From IMG/VR virus record IMGVR_UViG_3300036851_000283, positions 1 to 58,751 of that record: DNA of 58,751 bases. One strand, written 5' to 3'. Made by a program: the position numbers and the translations under genes. Shown here in pieces: positions 9,308 to 19,902 of this stretch. The stretch comes from a virus (lineage: Duplodnaviria; Caudoviricetes). Each line of letters starts with the position of its first letter. Position 1 is the first letter of the stretch. Under the pieces are notes generated by a model that saw nothing but the letters and a program-made list of their open reading frames with translations, did no database searches and had not been told where the DNA came from.

Positions 9308-10474
9308 ATGTCCGCCTATATCACCTTGGGAAAAGCGGGCGATGTCGTTAGTCTCTGCCCAATCCTCCACGCCGACTACTGCGAAACCGGGAAGAAGTCC
9401 AAGCTGATTGTCGCTCAGGAATACGCGCAAATCCCGCAGGCATTGGATTACGTCGAAACCGTCATCTATCCCGGAAGCTGGCGGGATTTGGACGGCGCCA
9501 TCAAATTCGCCAAGCAAAATTTCGGAGTGTTTTACACGCCGCAAATGCACGGCGAGAACTTTCAGCCCAAGCGTCAGCATCCGTCGTTTCAACTGGATCA
9601 ATGGGCCAGGTGTGGGAGGCTCGACCAGTGGGGGAAGCTGCCTTTGGTTTTGCCGAGGACGAGCTATGTTGTTTCGGAAAATTTAATTCCATCAGCAGAT
9701 TTGAGCTACATCGTGTTCGCCGATAAAAGCGAAAGCTCACCTTTTGAACACGCTGACGATCTTGCCGAAGCTCTGGCGGTTCAATTTCCGTCGCATCGCA
9801 TCGTGAGGCTTTCAAATGTGCAAGTCCCCTACCTGCTGGACTTGCTGGCTATTTTTGATGCGGCGGATTTGATCGTCTCGGTTGACACCGTTCACTTGCA
9901 TCTGGCACAGGCGACGACTACGCCGCTGATTGCGCTGGTGGCGGATAAGCCTTCGCGGTGGCAAGGTGCCGCGTTCCACCCCAAGATGTCGCTGCACGTC
10001 CGCTACGGCGATTACCCACTCCGCAAGTCAGAGTTGTTGCATGTGGCAAATCGCTGTGTGAATAAACTGCGAACAGTCCAAATCAAGACCGTCGAAACAG
10101 GCAGGAAAAACGGCTACAATCTCTCTGTTCTCAAGGTTGGGGATAAGTTGTGGCAAACCTACCGCTGGCATCCCGCCGAATCGTGGCGAACCGAGTTGGT
10201 TCTTATTCGCGACGGCGTGGAGTATCCGATTACGCCGCCCGCGAAGTACGCGAAGCATTCATGGGAGGACGGAAGATTATTTTGGTACCGGGGCATTCCC
10301 CATATTTCGATGACCATCGCCAAGAGCCATGTTATCGGCCAGAAGTTCGACCCCTGCATTTGTGGCTACGGCAAGATCGGTCCTGAGGGCCACATTACCG
10401 ACTGGGTAGAGCCGGAACACAAAGACAATGTGTGGACAAAGCAGACGAAGAACATCGTATTTTTTGAAGCATGA
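9308..10474 (+). CDS. GT9 (heptosyltransferase)-like glycosyltransferase fused to the first part of a beta-propeller glycosidase/phosphorylase-like domain
   Basis: LGKAGDVV start; ADLIVSVDTVHLHLAQA (GT9 D-T/S-xx-HLA signature); later YNLSV, WEDGRLF and KNIVFF motifs. Confidence 0.7.
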   Translation: MSAYITLGKAGDVVSLCPILHADYCETGKKSKLIVAQEYAQIPQALDYVETVIYPGSWRDLDGAIKFAKQNFGVFYTPQMHGENFQPKRQHPSFQLDQWARCGRLDQWGKLPLVLPRTSYVVSENLIPSADLSYIVFADKSESSPFEHADDLAEALAVQFPSHRIVRLSNVQVPYLLDLLAIFDAADLIVSVDTVHLHLAQATTTPLIALVADKPSRWQGAAFHPKMSLHVRYGDYPLRKSELLHVANRCVNKLRTVQIKTVETGRKNGYNLSVLKVGDKLWQTYRWHPAESWRTELVLIRDGVEYPITPPAKYAKHSWEDGRLFWYRGIPHISMTIAKSHVIGQKFDPCICGYGKIGPEGHITDWVEPEHKDNVWTKQTKNIVFFEA

Positions 10475-10548
10475 AAAGAATAAGGCTTAACACTGGAAGA
10501 TACGCAGCTTCGCGCAAACTCCACGGAAAATTTTCAAGGACCGCGTGA
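10471..10548 (+). CDS. 25-aa basic mini-ORF (MKRIRLNTGRYAASRKLHGKFSRTA) between the two halves of a split gene
   Basis: ATGA overlap with the upstream stop and GTGA overlap with the downstream start. Confidence 0.5.
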   Translation: MKRIRLNTGRYAASRKLHGKFSRTA

Positions 10549-10997
10549 GCAAGCTCTATTGCATTTGGGAAATCTCGCCCGTTCACATTGTTTACGAAAT
10601 CAATGTTGGTAAGATCGTAAACGAGTTTAAGACGACGTGCCCTCCGTGTTCATTTGGTCAGCCAAGAGGCGGCACCCCACCACTCCCCTTTGGTGAAGGA
10701 AAGTCCATTCGATTCTTTCATGCGAACCGCAGGAATCCAAAGTCTGACGTGTGGTGGAATTACGCAATCGGATGTCTCGTCATGCAATCGCGCGCCCCAT
10801 TCCAAATCCTCCAAATCTCGAAACAGCCGATCCTCAGTGGCGACGAGCTTTATTATCCGGGGCATAAGTTCTGGAAGCCAAAAGTCCGAATTGTTTATGG
10901 CGCGGTGGAGGAAGGCGACGGATGGCTGCTGAGTTTAGGCGCCAACGATTCGGCATGTGAAATGGCTGGCGTTAAGAAGGAGGATTTATTTCTATGA
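10545..10997 (+). CDS. C-terminal part of the beta-propeller glycosidase/phosphorylase-like (GH130/GH43-like) domain
   Basis: KLYCIW..P.H, PRGGTPP, FFH, PFQILQIS..PIL and LSLGAND motifs continue the upstream domain. Confidence 0.6.
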   Translation: MSKLYCIWEISPVHIVYEINVGKIVNEFKTTCPPCSFGQPRGGTPPLPFGEGKSIRFFHANRRNPKSDVWWNYAIGCLVMQSRAPFQILQISKQPILSGDELYYPGHKFWKPKVRIVYGAVEEGDGWLLSLGANDSACEMAGVKKEDLFL

Positions 10998-11236
10998 AAA
11001 AAGCATCGGAATGGGCAAAAGACATGGGCAGTTTCCGTGGAGAAAATTGCGAAAATGTTTCAATGAAAGATCGCGTTGAGCAAATCCAACTCGACGCAAT
11101 GAAAGACGGTATGCGGATGGCATCAGAACTGGCGTATAAATACAATTGTGAAGTTTTTCCAGAACGTTTATCTGAAAATGGCGTAAAACGAGAAATCCTC
11201 TCTGTCGCCGAACAACTCACCGAGAAAGATTTATGA
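10994..11236 (+). CDS. Small hypothetical protein (possible paralog of 38467-38646)
   Basis: MKKASEW...VEQIQLDA. Confidence 0.6.
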   Translation: MKKASEWAKDMGSFRGENCENVSMKDRVEQIQLDAMKDGMRMASELAYKYNCEVFPERLSENGVKREILSVAEQLTEKDL

Positions 11237-11445
11237 ACGAAAAACATTTTCGCATCGAAAAACTCACCAACTTCACGCGCATCCGGCATAAAATTTATCC
11301 GTCACTGATGTTTCCGCCCAACGCCAGGATTCGCGCTGGTGATCTGGAATTGAAAGTGATTTCCACCAACGACAAAAAGGACACGATTACGTTTCAGCTT
11401 GTCGGCGTGTTCCTGCAACCCAAAGATGAGCCGGAGAAGAATTGA
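11233..11445 (+). CDS. Small hypothetical protein
   Basis: ATGA overlap. Confidence 0.55.
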   Translation: MNEKHFRIEKLTNFTRIRHKIYPSLMFPPNARIRAGDLELKVISTNDKKDTITFQLVGVFLQPKDEPEKN

Positions 11446-11446
11446 A

Positions 11447-12235
11447 ATGAAACCACTAACCACCTACCCCTACTCACCCGAACTCCTGACCTCGAAGGAT
11501 TTTTTCTGGAACTGCAAAAAATCGGACGAGATTGCGGCTTATTACGAGAAGTTGAAGCAACGGCAATTGGTCAATCCGACGGATGGGGATGAGAAACCAT
11601 TGCTGGCGATTTGCCAGAATGAAAAAAAGCTTTGCAGCTTCATACTGTCAACCGTTCCAACCATGCACGGATGGAGCAAGGAAACCAAATGTTGCGCCAT
11701 GGCTGCCTTGATTGTCGCGATGAAGCCGAGACTTATCGTGGAGATCGGTGTGTTTGCAGGTCGCAGCCTCCTGCCGATGGCAATGGCAATGAAACATACA
11801 AACAACCCAGGCAAGGTGATTGGAATTGATCCGTACTCCAGAGAGGAGAGCGTAAAAGGAGAGTACGGACTAAATTCGGAATGGTGGGGAAATCTCGACC
11901 ATAATCCGATGCACGACTTGTTTTTAGAATTCGTGAAACGATTCGGATTGGAGGCTCAAGTTCAACTTGTCAAAAAGCCAAGCGATGCGGTTCAGCCAAT
12001 GGAATACGATATGATACATGTGGATGGGAACCACAGTGAGCAAGCTCTAAGAGACGCGGAAAGGTTCGGGCCTAAATGCTCCTTGGGTGGAATCGCGGTA
12101 CTTGACGATTTGATGTGGATTGGCGGTGGGCCGTTACGTGCCATAGACGCGCTTGAGGACATGGGATTTGTCGAAGCGTTTAGAATCACCGGAGATGGAG
12201 AATGTTGGAACGTCATGCAAAGAGTCAGAGTATGA
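11447..12235 (+). CDS. Class I SAM-dependent methyltransferase (Methyltransf_24-like)
   Basis: IVEIGVFAGRS, GIDPY, DMIHVDGNHS and GGIAVLDD motifs. Confidence 0.85.
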   Translation: MKPLTTYPYSPELLTSKDFFWNCKKSDEIAAYYEKLKQRQLVNPTDGDEKPLLAICQNEKKLCSFILSTVPTMHGWSKETKCCAMAALIVAMKPRLIVEIGVFAGRSLLPMAMAMKHTNNPGKVIGIDPYSREESVKGEYGLNSEWWGNLDHNPMHDLFLEFVKRFGLEAQVQLVKKPSDAVQPMEYDMIHVDGNHSEQALRDAERFGPKCSLGGIAVLDDLMWIGGGPLRAIDALEDMGFVEAFRITGDGECWNVMQRVRV

Positions 12236-12930
12236 GGGTTAGGGATTTAACAGGACAGAAATTCGGAAGGCTTCTTGTCGTTTCTTTCTGTGGCTACACC
12301 GATCAAGGGAAAGCGAAATGGCAATGCCACTGCGATTGTGGCAACAATCCAGTTGTCATTGGCGCCAGCATGAAAAACGGAAGGCAGGTTTCTTGCGGTT
12401 TCCACAAGAACGAAATATGCGCCAAGCGCATGAAAGAGTACGCCACAAAACACGGACTCGCCTATACTGCGATTTACAGAGCTTGGAAGGGCCTGCTGAG
12501 TCGGTGTTACAACCCAAACTCAAATTGCTATCCCGATTACGGCGGCAGAGGAATAACCGCCTGCGCCGGGATTAGAACGAGCGTCGTAACACTCCTGAAT
12601 GCCGTGGGCCACCGTCCAGAAAGTCATCTGTCTTTAGATCGGAAGAATAACAGCCTTGGCTATTGGTGTGGCGAATGCGTTGAATGCGTCAAAAACAACA
12701 GACCCATGAATCTCCGGTGGGGCGACGACTTCGTTCAGTGTAGGAATCAGAGAACGAACCGCATCATTAAATACAACGGAGAATCTAAATGCGTTGCACA
12801 GTGGGCCGAAGATACTGGGATAACTCAGAACGCTATCAAGATGCGTCTTGACCGGCTTGGATGGTCCGTTAAGAGGACTCTCACAACTCCCCTCCGAATC
12901 ACCAAGGCAAACAACTCAAGTAACTATTGA
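12232..12930 (+). CDS. HNH-type homing endonuclease-like protein
   Basis: DLTGQKFGRL, WQCHCDCG, YGGRGI, SLDRKNN and QCRNQR motifs. Confidence 0.8.
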   Translation: MRVRDLTGQKFGRLLVVSFCGYTDQGKAKWQCHCDCGNNPVVIGASMKNGRQVSCGFHKNEICAKRMKEYATKHGLAYTAIYRAWKGLLSRCYNPNSNCYPDYGGRGITACAGIRTSVVTLLNAVGHRPESHLSLDRKNNSLGYWCGECVECVKNNRPMNLRWGDDFVQCRNQRTNRIIKYNGESKCVAQWAEDTGITQNAIKMRLDRLGWSVKRTLTTPLRITKANNSSNY

Positions 12931-12960
12931 CATCTATGTGTCAATGTGTAGAGTCATCGC
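12927..12960 (+). promoter_or_regulatory. Palindromic promoter TTGACA-tctatg-TGTCAA with -10 TAGAGT, probably leaderless
   Basis: Perfect palindrome containing the upstream TGA; ATG 6 nt after the -10. Confidence 0.75.
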
Positions 12961-14480
<1,520 letters not shown>

Positions 14481-14484
<4 letters not shown>

Positions 14485-14813
14485 AAACACAAATCAAAAT
14501 TGCAAAAACCAACTTCCAACAAGGGGATGTTTTAGCGGTCAAGCTGGACGCGATGCCTTGCGGCGAAAAGAAGTCCGTCGCAAAAAAACACTGCGTCGTC
14601 GCCCACGGTGAAAGCGGACACTCGCACATCATTGACTGCGATGATGCTGAGCTAATCCAGATTGGCGAGCGCATGTTGCTCAAACTGGGGTCGCACGCAA
14701 ATCTCATGCACGAGGAGCATAAGCCAATCACGCTCTCGCCAGGCATTTGGGAGATTGGCCGCGTTCAGGAATACGATTACTTCGCGAAAATGGCGCGGGA
14801 TGTGAGGGATTGA
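14481..14813 (+). CDS. Conserved His-rich partner of DUF6745-like proteins
   Basis: QQGDV, HGESGHSH, HEEHKPI and RVQEYD motifs. Confidence 0.75.
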
Positions 14814-14827
14814 CATCGAAGAGTCAA
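14810..14827 (+). promoter_or_regulatory. Palindromic -35/operator TTGACA-tcgaag-AGTCAA
   Basis: One mismatch; contains the upstream TGA; TAGAAC 16 nt after the -35. Confidence 0.7.
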
Positions 14828-14848
14828 TGTGTAGAACGATCTCTTGAT

Positions 14849-15112
14849 ATGAACAAACCAACTAATTTTTCCGCAATGGTTGCGGCTTTCGACGAGGAAA
14901 TCCCAAACGGGAAACGAGGTTACAACAGTCTGTCTAAACGCGAATGGCTGGCTGGCATCATCATGGCATCCATGCAGGCGAACCCAGATACCTGCCGTTA
15001 TGCCAATGAGCTTTTGAAGCAAGGTATGACTCGGGATAAGATTGCCGCCAGCAACGCGCATTGCGCCGCTTTGTTCGCCGACGCGCTGCTGGCGGAACTG
15101 GAGAAAGAATGA
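14849..15112 (+). CDS. Small phage protein (LSKREW.A...ADALLAEL family)
   Basis: Motif common in small phage proteins. Confidence 0.7.
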   Translation: MNKPTNFSAMVAAFDEEIPNGKRGYNSLSKREWLAGIIMASMQANPDTCRYANELLKQGMTRDKIAASNAHCAALFADALLAELEKE

Positions 15113-15492
15113 ATATGGTCATCCACGAAACAATATTTCTTGAGGAAATCAGATGCGGAACATGCGGTATAATGCACGCTGTTCCGCAAGACTGGATTAA
15201 GAACAAGCGATCTGAAAAAGGCGATATTCATTGTCCTAATGGATGTGTTAGAACGTGGACGGAATCCGACGCTGACAGGCTGCGAAAGCAGCTAGAGAAT
15301 CGCGAGCGAGAGCTTCGAGAATCAAAATGTGAAGTCCTTCGCAAGCAACAAGCGTTGGACTCTGAGAGGCTGGCTCGGGAGAAGATAGAGAATAAGCTGC
15401 GGCGGTCAAATAAGGGTGTTTGCACGTGCTGTAATAGAAGTTTTGAGAACTTGCAGCGGCACATGAAAACGAAACACCCGGAAGTGAAATAG
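15109..15492 (+). CDS. Zn-finger/coiled-coil protein with C-terminal C2H2 finger
   Basis: CGTCG, CPNG and CTCCNRSFENLQRHMKTKH. Confidence 0.75.
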   Translation: MNMVIHETIFLEEIRCGTCGIMHAVPQDWIKNKRSEKGDIHCPNGCVRTWTESDADRLRKQLENRERELRESKCEVLRKQQALDSERLAREKIENKLRRSNKGVCTCCNRSFENLQRHMKTKHPEVK

Positions 15493-15495
15493 TTT

Positions 15496-16617
15496 TTGAA
15501 AACCTTCCCACTCACCGTCGCGATGACGCCCTCCTTCCGCTTCGGGGGCGACTCCGACTGGCTTCTCCGCGCCCAACTACGCTGCCTGTCGGAACAGGAG
15601 TTCAAGGATTTCGATGTCTTGCTCGTGGACTGTCATTTTCAGAAGCGCAGGGGTTACATGGCGGAGTTGGCTGAAAAGTATAAGCTGGCGATAACCCATG
15701 TGCCCTATCTGCCCAATCTGAACGTCGCCAAAAAACTAGACTGCGCTGTTTTTAACGCGCCGTACCTGTTTTCCGAATCCCCCAAGATCGTGCGTTATTC
15801 CTGCTGGCGTTTCGTGCGTCCGCAATTCACCAGGATTTGCGTCGAGTCTCCAACCGCAGTTGACTTCTATTTCCACAACGTCAGTCCGCCAACCAAGGCC
15901 GATGCCCATCACCTGACTGACCATAATATCAAGGTGTGGGACATGCAGAGCGATGTTGTGAACTGGAATGCCGTTCCGACGAAGGGTGGACAACCAGGAG
16001 CAAGCTGGGGGAGTCACGATGATCGGGATACTGGAGTGATTCCGTTTCCGCTAAATGCGTGTGGAAATTACATGGTGCCGCGAGAGACTTGGCTGAATCT
16101 CAATGGCTGTGACGAGGCGATATTTTCCTCCGAGCATTGGGAAGATCAAGACTTCTGCCAGAGAGCCAACAATGCGGGAGTTTTGTGTTCAAGGAATGCG
16201 GGGATCATGTACCGCTTGCATCATTTTTATGGAGGACATTCCGGGAGAGCCAATGAGCTTCCCGACTTCGGAGAGTTCAAAAAACTCTGTCCGAAGTGCG
16301 AGGCAGTCGAACATACTCCGAAACCTGACCGCAGGGAATTGAGGCGCCGCATCCGCGCTGGCGAACTCGACACGCCAAACGAAATGGTCTGGGTTTGCAA
16401 GGAGTGTAAATACTGCGGGCCAATCTTTTTTGAAGATGAGGGCGAGTATCACGCTTATTTGCGGCGGAAGAAAATCACGCGGTCGAATATCATTCCATCG
16501 CACAAACTGGGTCGGAATTTGCGGATACTTGCGGGCGACATGGACGGCAAAAGCCTGCAAGAGAAGGTGGAGATTTTTGAGGATTCGTACACAAACTCTC
16601 GCTACTATCAATTATGA
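15496..16617 (+). CDS. GT2/GT7-like glycosyltransferase
   Basis: LSEQEFKDFDVLLVD start; LNGCDE...WEDQDFCQRA...YRLHH C-terminal signature. Confidence 0.75.
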   Translation: MKTFPLTVAMTPSFRFGGDSDWLLRAQLRCLSEQEFKDFDVLLVDCHFQKRRGYMAELAEKYKLAITHVPYLPNLNVAKKLDCAVFNAPYLFSESPKIVRYSCWRFVRPQFTRICVESPTAVDFYFHNVSPPTKADAHHLTDHNIKVWDMQSDVVNWNAVPTKGGQPGASWGSHDDRDTGVIPFPLNACGNYMVPRETWLNLNGCDEAIFSSEHWEDQDFCQRANNAGVLCSRNAGIMYRLHHFYGGHSGRANELPDFGEFKKLCPKCEAVEHTPKPDRRELRRRIRAGELDTPNEMVWVCKECKYCGPIFFEDEGEYHAYLRRKKITRSNIIPSHKLGRNLRILAGDMDGKSLQEKVEIFEDSYTNSRYYQL

Positions 16618-17138
16618 CCCCCTCCGAACTTCTGAAAAAACATCTCAGTGATAAGTGTACGCACCATAATTATAGCGAAACTTACGACCGGCTCCTGTCC
16701 CCCCTCCGAGATTCCGCCACGGACATCTTGGAAATCGGGATTGAAAACGGCTGCTCACTCCGCGCATGGCGCGAGTATTTCCCGAACGCCCACATTTACG
16801 GACTGGAAAAAGAGGAGTCCAAACTTTTTCAATCCGAGCGCATCACGACCATTCGCTGCGACACGACCGAGCGGGATCGCATGATTGAACTGGCCGCAAC
16901 GCTCCCCTCCTTCGATTTCATCTGCGACGACGGCAGCCATGTTGTCACCGAACAAGTATGGGCCGTCGCCGTACTCTGGCCGCGTCTCAAGCCGGGTGGG
17001 ATTTACGTCGTCGAGGACATTTACCGACCGGAATATCTCAACCTGTTCAAATGCTTTCACAATGCTGAATTGCTGGACCTCCGAAAGCCAGGGGGCTGCG
17101 CGGATGATATGATGGCGGTGTTGAGGAAGGGGGTTTAG
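16614..17138 (+). CDS. Class I SAM-dependent (sugar O-)methyltransferase
   Basis: ILEIGIENGCSLRAW, FDFICDDGSH and LKPGGIYVVEDI motifs, resembling sugar O-methyltransferases. Confidence 0.85.
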   Translation: MTPSELLKKHLSDKCTHHNYSETYDRLLSPLRDSATDILEIGIENGCSLRAWREYFPNAHIYGLEKEESKLFQSERITTIRCDTTERDRMIELAATLPSFDFICDDGSHVVTEQVWAVAVLWPRLKPGGIYVVEDIYRPEYLNLFKCFHNAELLDLRKPGGCADDMMAVLRKGV

Positions 17139-17920
17139 CCCCGCCAATTAAGCGAACATCCCTTGCGATTATTTTCCTCCGCGTGCAAGGGCTGGCAGTT
17201 GGAGTAGTGGAATGCTTCCTTAACTTTCTCAGGATCGCTCAAATCAAAACTCGCCAGCGGAACCATGTGATCCACTTCCCAATAAGTGCCGTAATTATCC
17301 CAGTTCATCTCGGGGGTGAATTTTTCCTCCAACCACTCACGAAAGAATGCAGGAGTGCATCCAAGAATTTCGTAAGTCTTGTAGCGCATGGTGGGACTGT
17401 TGCGCTTGACCAATAGATATATTCGGGAGCGGAAGTTTTCGATTAGCTTGCGCTCGGGATTTTCAGCGCGACGAATTTTGCAGAGTTCGCGGCGGCGAGG
17501 CAGATATGCAATGCGTGCCTTGATGCGCTTGTCTTTATTCCTCAAGCTCCACAACGCAGACGACTTGGCTATTCGCGCTTTATTTTTGGCGTAATACTCT
17601 TTTGACCAATTAGGATTGGCGTCCCGCTGGGCCTTCTTTCTTGCGAGAACCCTATCCCGATGCTTGTAATATCCCTCAAGAGCCTTGATCCTGAAATACT
17701 CTCGCCTCTTTGCAGTATAAGCCCGGCTCCACTCCTTCTTGTGAGCCTTCTGCGCTGGTGTCAGGATTTGCTTTTTCTTTGGTCGCGATCCATTCGCCTT
17801 AGAAGCTCCGCCTTGGTGAATGGCCTCGGGTGCTTCCGACCCATTTCCCAATTCCGGTAAGTCCAAATTGAAATGCCCAACTTGTCCGCAACCTCCTTCT
17901 GATACCTCCTGCCTCTCCAT
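17135..17920 (-). CDS. HNH endonuclease with basic helical N-terminus (start uncertain)
   Basis: MNWDNYGTYWEVDHMVPL...FHYSNCQPLHAEENNRKG. Confidence 0.75.
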   Translation of the reverse strand: MERQEVSEGGCGQVGHFNLDLPELGNGSEAPEAIHQGGASKANGSRPKKKQILTPAQKAHKKEWSRAYTAKRREYFRIKALEGYYKHRDRVLARKKAQRDANPNWSKEYYAKNKARIAKSSALWSLRNKDKRIKARIAYLPRRRELCKIRRAENPERKLIENFRSRIYLLVKRNSPTMRYKTYEILGCTPAFFREWLEEKFTPEMNWDNYGTYWEVDHMVPLASFDLSDPEKVKEAFHYSNCQPLHAEENNRKGCSLNWRG

Positions 17921-17961
17921 AGTTTTAGCTGTTCCGAAAGTTTCACTTGTTCTAAGAACAA
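17761..17961 (-). CDS. XRE/Cro-family HTH regulator
   Basis: QKEVADKLGISIWTYRNWEMGRKHP; divergent from the capsid gene. Confidence 0.8.
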   Translation of the reverse strand: MFLEQVKLSEQLKLWRGRRYQKEVADKLGISIWTYRNWEMGRKHPRPFTKAELLRRMDRDQRKSKS

Positions 17962-18215
17962 TATCTAAGTCTTGATGGAAAATCAATCCGGGTTACTACT
18001 TAGTCAGAAGTCGCAATCAAGAGGCCAGAAATGGCTCGGCTTCCTCAGGCTGACTTAAACGCCCCGCAGCCGGGCCAACGCGAGTTGATTGGTGGCGCTT
18101 CACGCGCAAACGGCGACCTCGCCGGGACATTGCCAGTCCGAATTCCGAGAGGTAAAACAAAACCGAAAACTTTATCGCAGAATAATTACTTCTACGATTC
18201 AACATTAGAAAAACT

Positions 18216-19541
18216 ATGGCTGATGCATGTAACTTCTTCCGTACCAACCTTGCAGCGCAGACTCCAATTTATGATGACGTATTTCTTGAGGACTACAAAC
18301 CTCTCGACGCCTCTTTCGCCGGTCGCCATCTGACCGAGCAATGGAAGATGGGGACGGGCGACACTCACATTTACGACCAAATCACCATCGGTCAACCTGA
18401 CCTGCAAAACGAATGGCAGACCATCAGCGCCACGGAATGTCAGAACCCGTGCGATCCTCCGGTTGATTTCGTCAGCTTCGGTACTGTGCGCCGCCAGTAC
18501 AACATGAAGCAGAAGTCGCTGAACAGTCAGATGTGGTGTCTGACCCAGCTTCGTTACAACACGAAGCCCAGCGAGCAGATTTCGCGCATTATGAAGGGAT
18601 TGCGTCAGATCCCCATGATGTACAACGACGACTTTCTCCAAGTCGAGGCGTTCAAGAACGCGACGACCGTTCAAATCGCGTCCAGCGATTTCAACACGTT
18701 CACGCCCGACATCGTTGGTCCGGTGACGAACATCACTGGTCAGTTGACCACGATTGACCTGGGTGGCACGGCCAACCTGCCGGAGAGCCAGTTGACCTGG
18801 CCGTACCTGCGGTATCTTGGGATGCAGTTGAACATGGCGGGTTACACCGAAGGCGGTTCGGGCCTGCCGTCCAACATGTACAACCTGATGACCGACATCA
18901 CGGCTTGGTACAACCTCACCAACGGCAACGACAGCCTAAAGAACATGATGGCGTTGACCGATTACAAGCAGGCCAGCCCGCTCTACAAGATCGGGGAAGG
19001 AGTCCAAGTGCCATACGGCAACTTTGCGCCGACGATGATTAAGACGCCCATCCGGTTTCAGCACATGGGCAACGGCGTTCTGAATCGAGTTCAGCCGTAC
19101 AACAACATTGCGGCGACGACCGGCACGCAACGCAATAATTTCAACCCCGCGTGGCTGGATGCCAGGTATCAACTGTCTTGGATTTGGCATCCCAAGGCGG
19201 TCAAGTTGCTCACCCCAGATTTCAAGCGGGTCAATGACATGGTTCCAAGCGTCAATACGGCGATGTACGGGAAATGGTCATTCATCAACGATCCGGTGAT
19301 GATCTTTGAGCAACCGGATGGCACGGATTGTACCATCAGCAACCCCGACCGGAACAAGTTCTACTGGCGTGTGTTACTGGAATTGGGATTCCAGTACCTT
19401 TACCCCGAGTGGGTGATGGCAGTCATCCATCTCGTTGATGGCAGCGGCAAGGATTCGATGGTCAATGATCCTGTGTGCGGCGATGCTCCTCAGTACGTCG
19501 AACAGGACTACAGCAACGACCCAACAGTTTGCGAAGCTTAA
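18216..19541 (+). CDS. Major capsid protein
   Basis: 441 aa; strong codon bias; long leader upstream and terminator downstream; first gene of the head cluster. Confidence 0.75.
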   Translation: MADACNFFRTNLAAQTPIYDDVFLEDYKPLDASFAGRHLTEQWKMGTGDTHIYDQITIGQPDLQNEWQTISATECQNPCDPPVDFVSFGTVRRQYNMKQKSLNSQMWCLTQLRYNTKPSEQISRIMKGLRQIPMMYNDDFLQVEAFKNATTVQIASSDFNTFTPDIVGPVTNITGQLTTIDLGGTANLPESQLTWPYLRYLGMQLNMAGYTEGGSGLPSNMYNLMTDITAWYNLTNGNDSLKNMMALTDYKQASPLYKIGEGVQVPYGNFAPTMIKTPIRFQHMGNGVLNRVQPYNNIAATTGTQRNNFNPAWLDARYQLSWIWHPKAVKLLTPDFKRVNDMVPSVNTAMYGKWSFINDPVMIFEQPDGTDCTISNPDRNKFYWRVLLELGFQYLYPEWVMAVIHLVDGSGKDSMVNDPVCGDAPQYVEQDYSNDPTVCEA

Positions 19542-19562
19542 CCTGAGCGGGTTGGTTAATTC

Positions 19563-19595
19563 AGAGGGCGGTGGCCAAAACCGCCGCCCTCTTTT
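19563..19595 (+). terminator. Intrinsic terminator after the capsid gene
   Basis: AGAGGGCGGTGG-ccaaaa-CCGCCGCCCTCT then a T run. Confidence 0.85.
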
Positions 19596-19607
19596 CCTTG
19601 GAAATAT

Positions 19608-19898
19608 ATGCCAATCGAACGAAAGAAAACCACCTACGCCCACGACGACGTTATGGAGCCGGAGGTTGGGACCGAGGAAGTCGCCGAGGCGGCATCCGAG
19701 CCTGCGGGCGACACCGCGACGATCTCGCTCTCCATTCTCGGAGGCCAGAGCGTCAGTCCGGGGGATACGGTTCGATTGGAAGTCGTCGAATCCAGTGCTG
19801 ACGATGGCACTGTGACCTTACGTTATCGTAAGCCGGAGTCGAAAGGCGTGGCCAAGGCCGCTGCCGAGTTTGAAGAACCAATGAAAGGAATGGTGTAA
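19608..19898 (+). CDS. Small acidic protein
   Basis: 96-aa ORF following the capsid gene. Confidence 0.65.
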   Translation: MPIERKKTTYAHDDVMEPEVGTEEVAEAASEPAGDTATISLSILGGQSVSPGDTVRLEVVESSADDGTVTLRYRKPESKGVAKAAAEFEEPMKGMV

Positions 19899-19902
19899 TT
19901 TT

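Noticed and set aside
3015-9601. Long antisense ORFs (3015-4031, 6241-6795, 7874-8428, 8735-9601)
   Set aside because: Shadows of well-supported plus-strand genes, with no recognisable motifs.
17972-17986. FNR box
   Set aside because: The spacer is 5 nt, not the 4 nt of TTGAT-N4-ATCAA.
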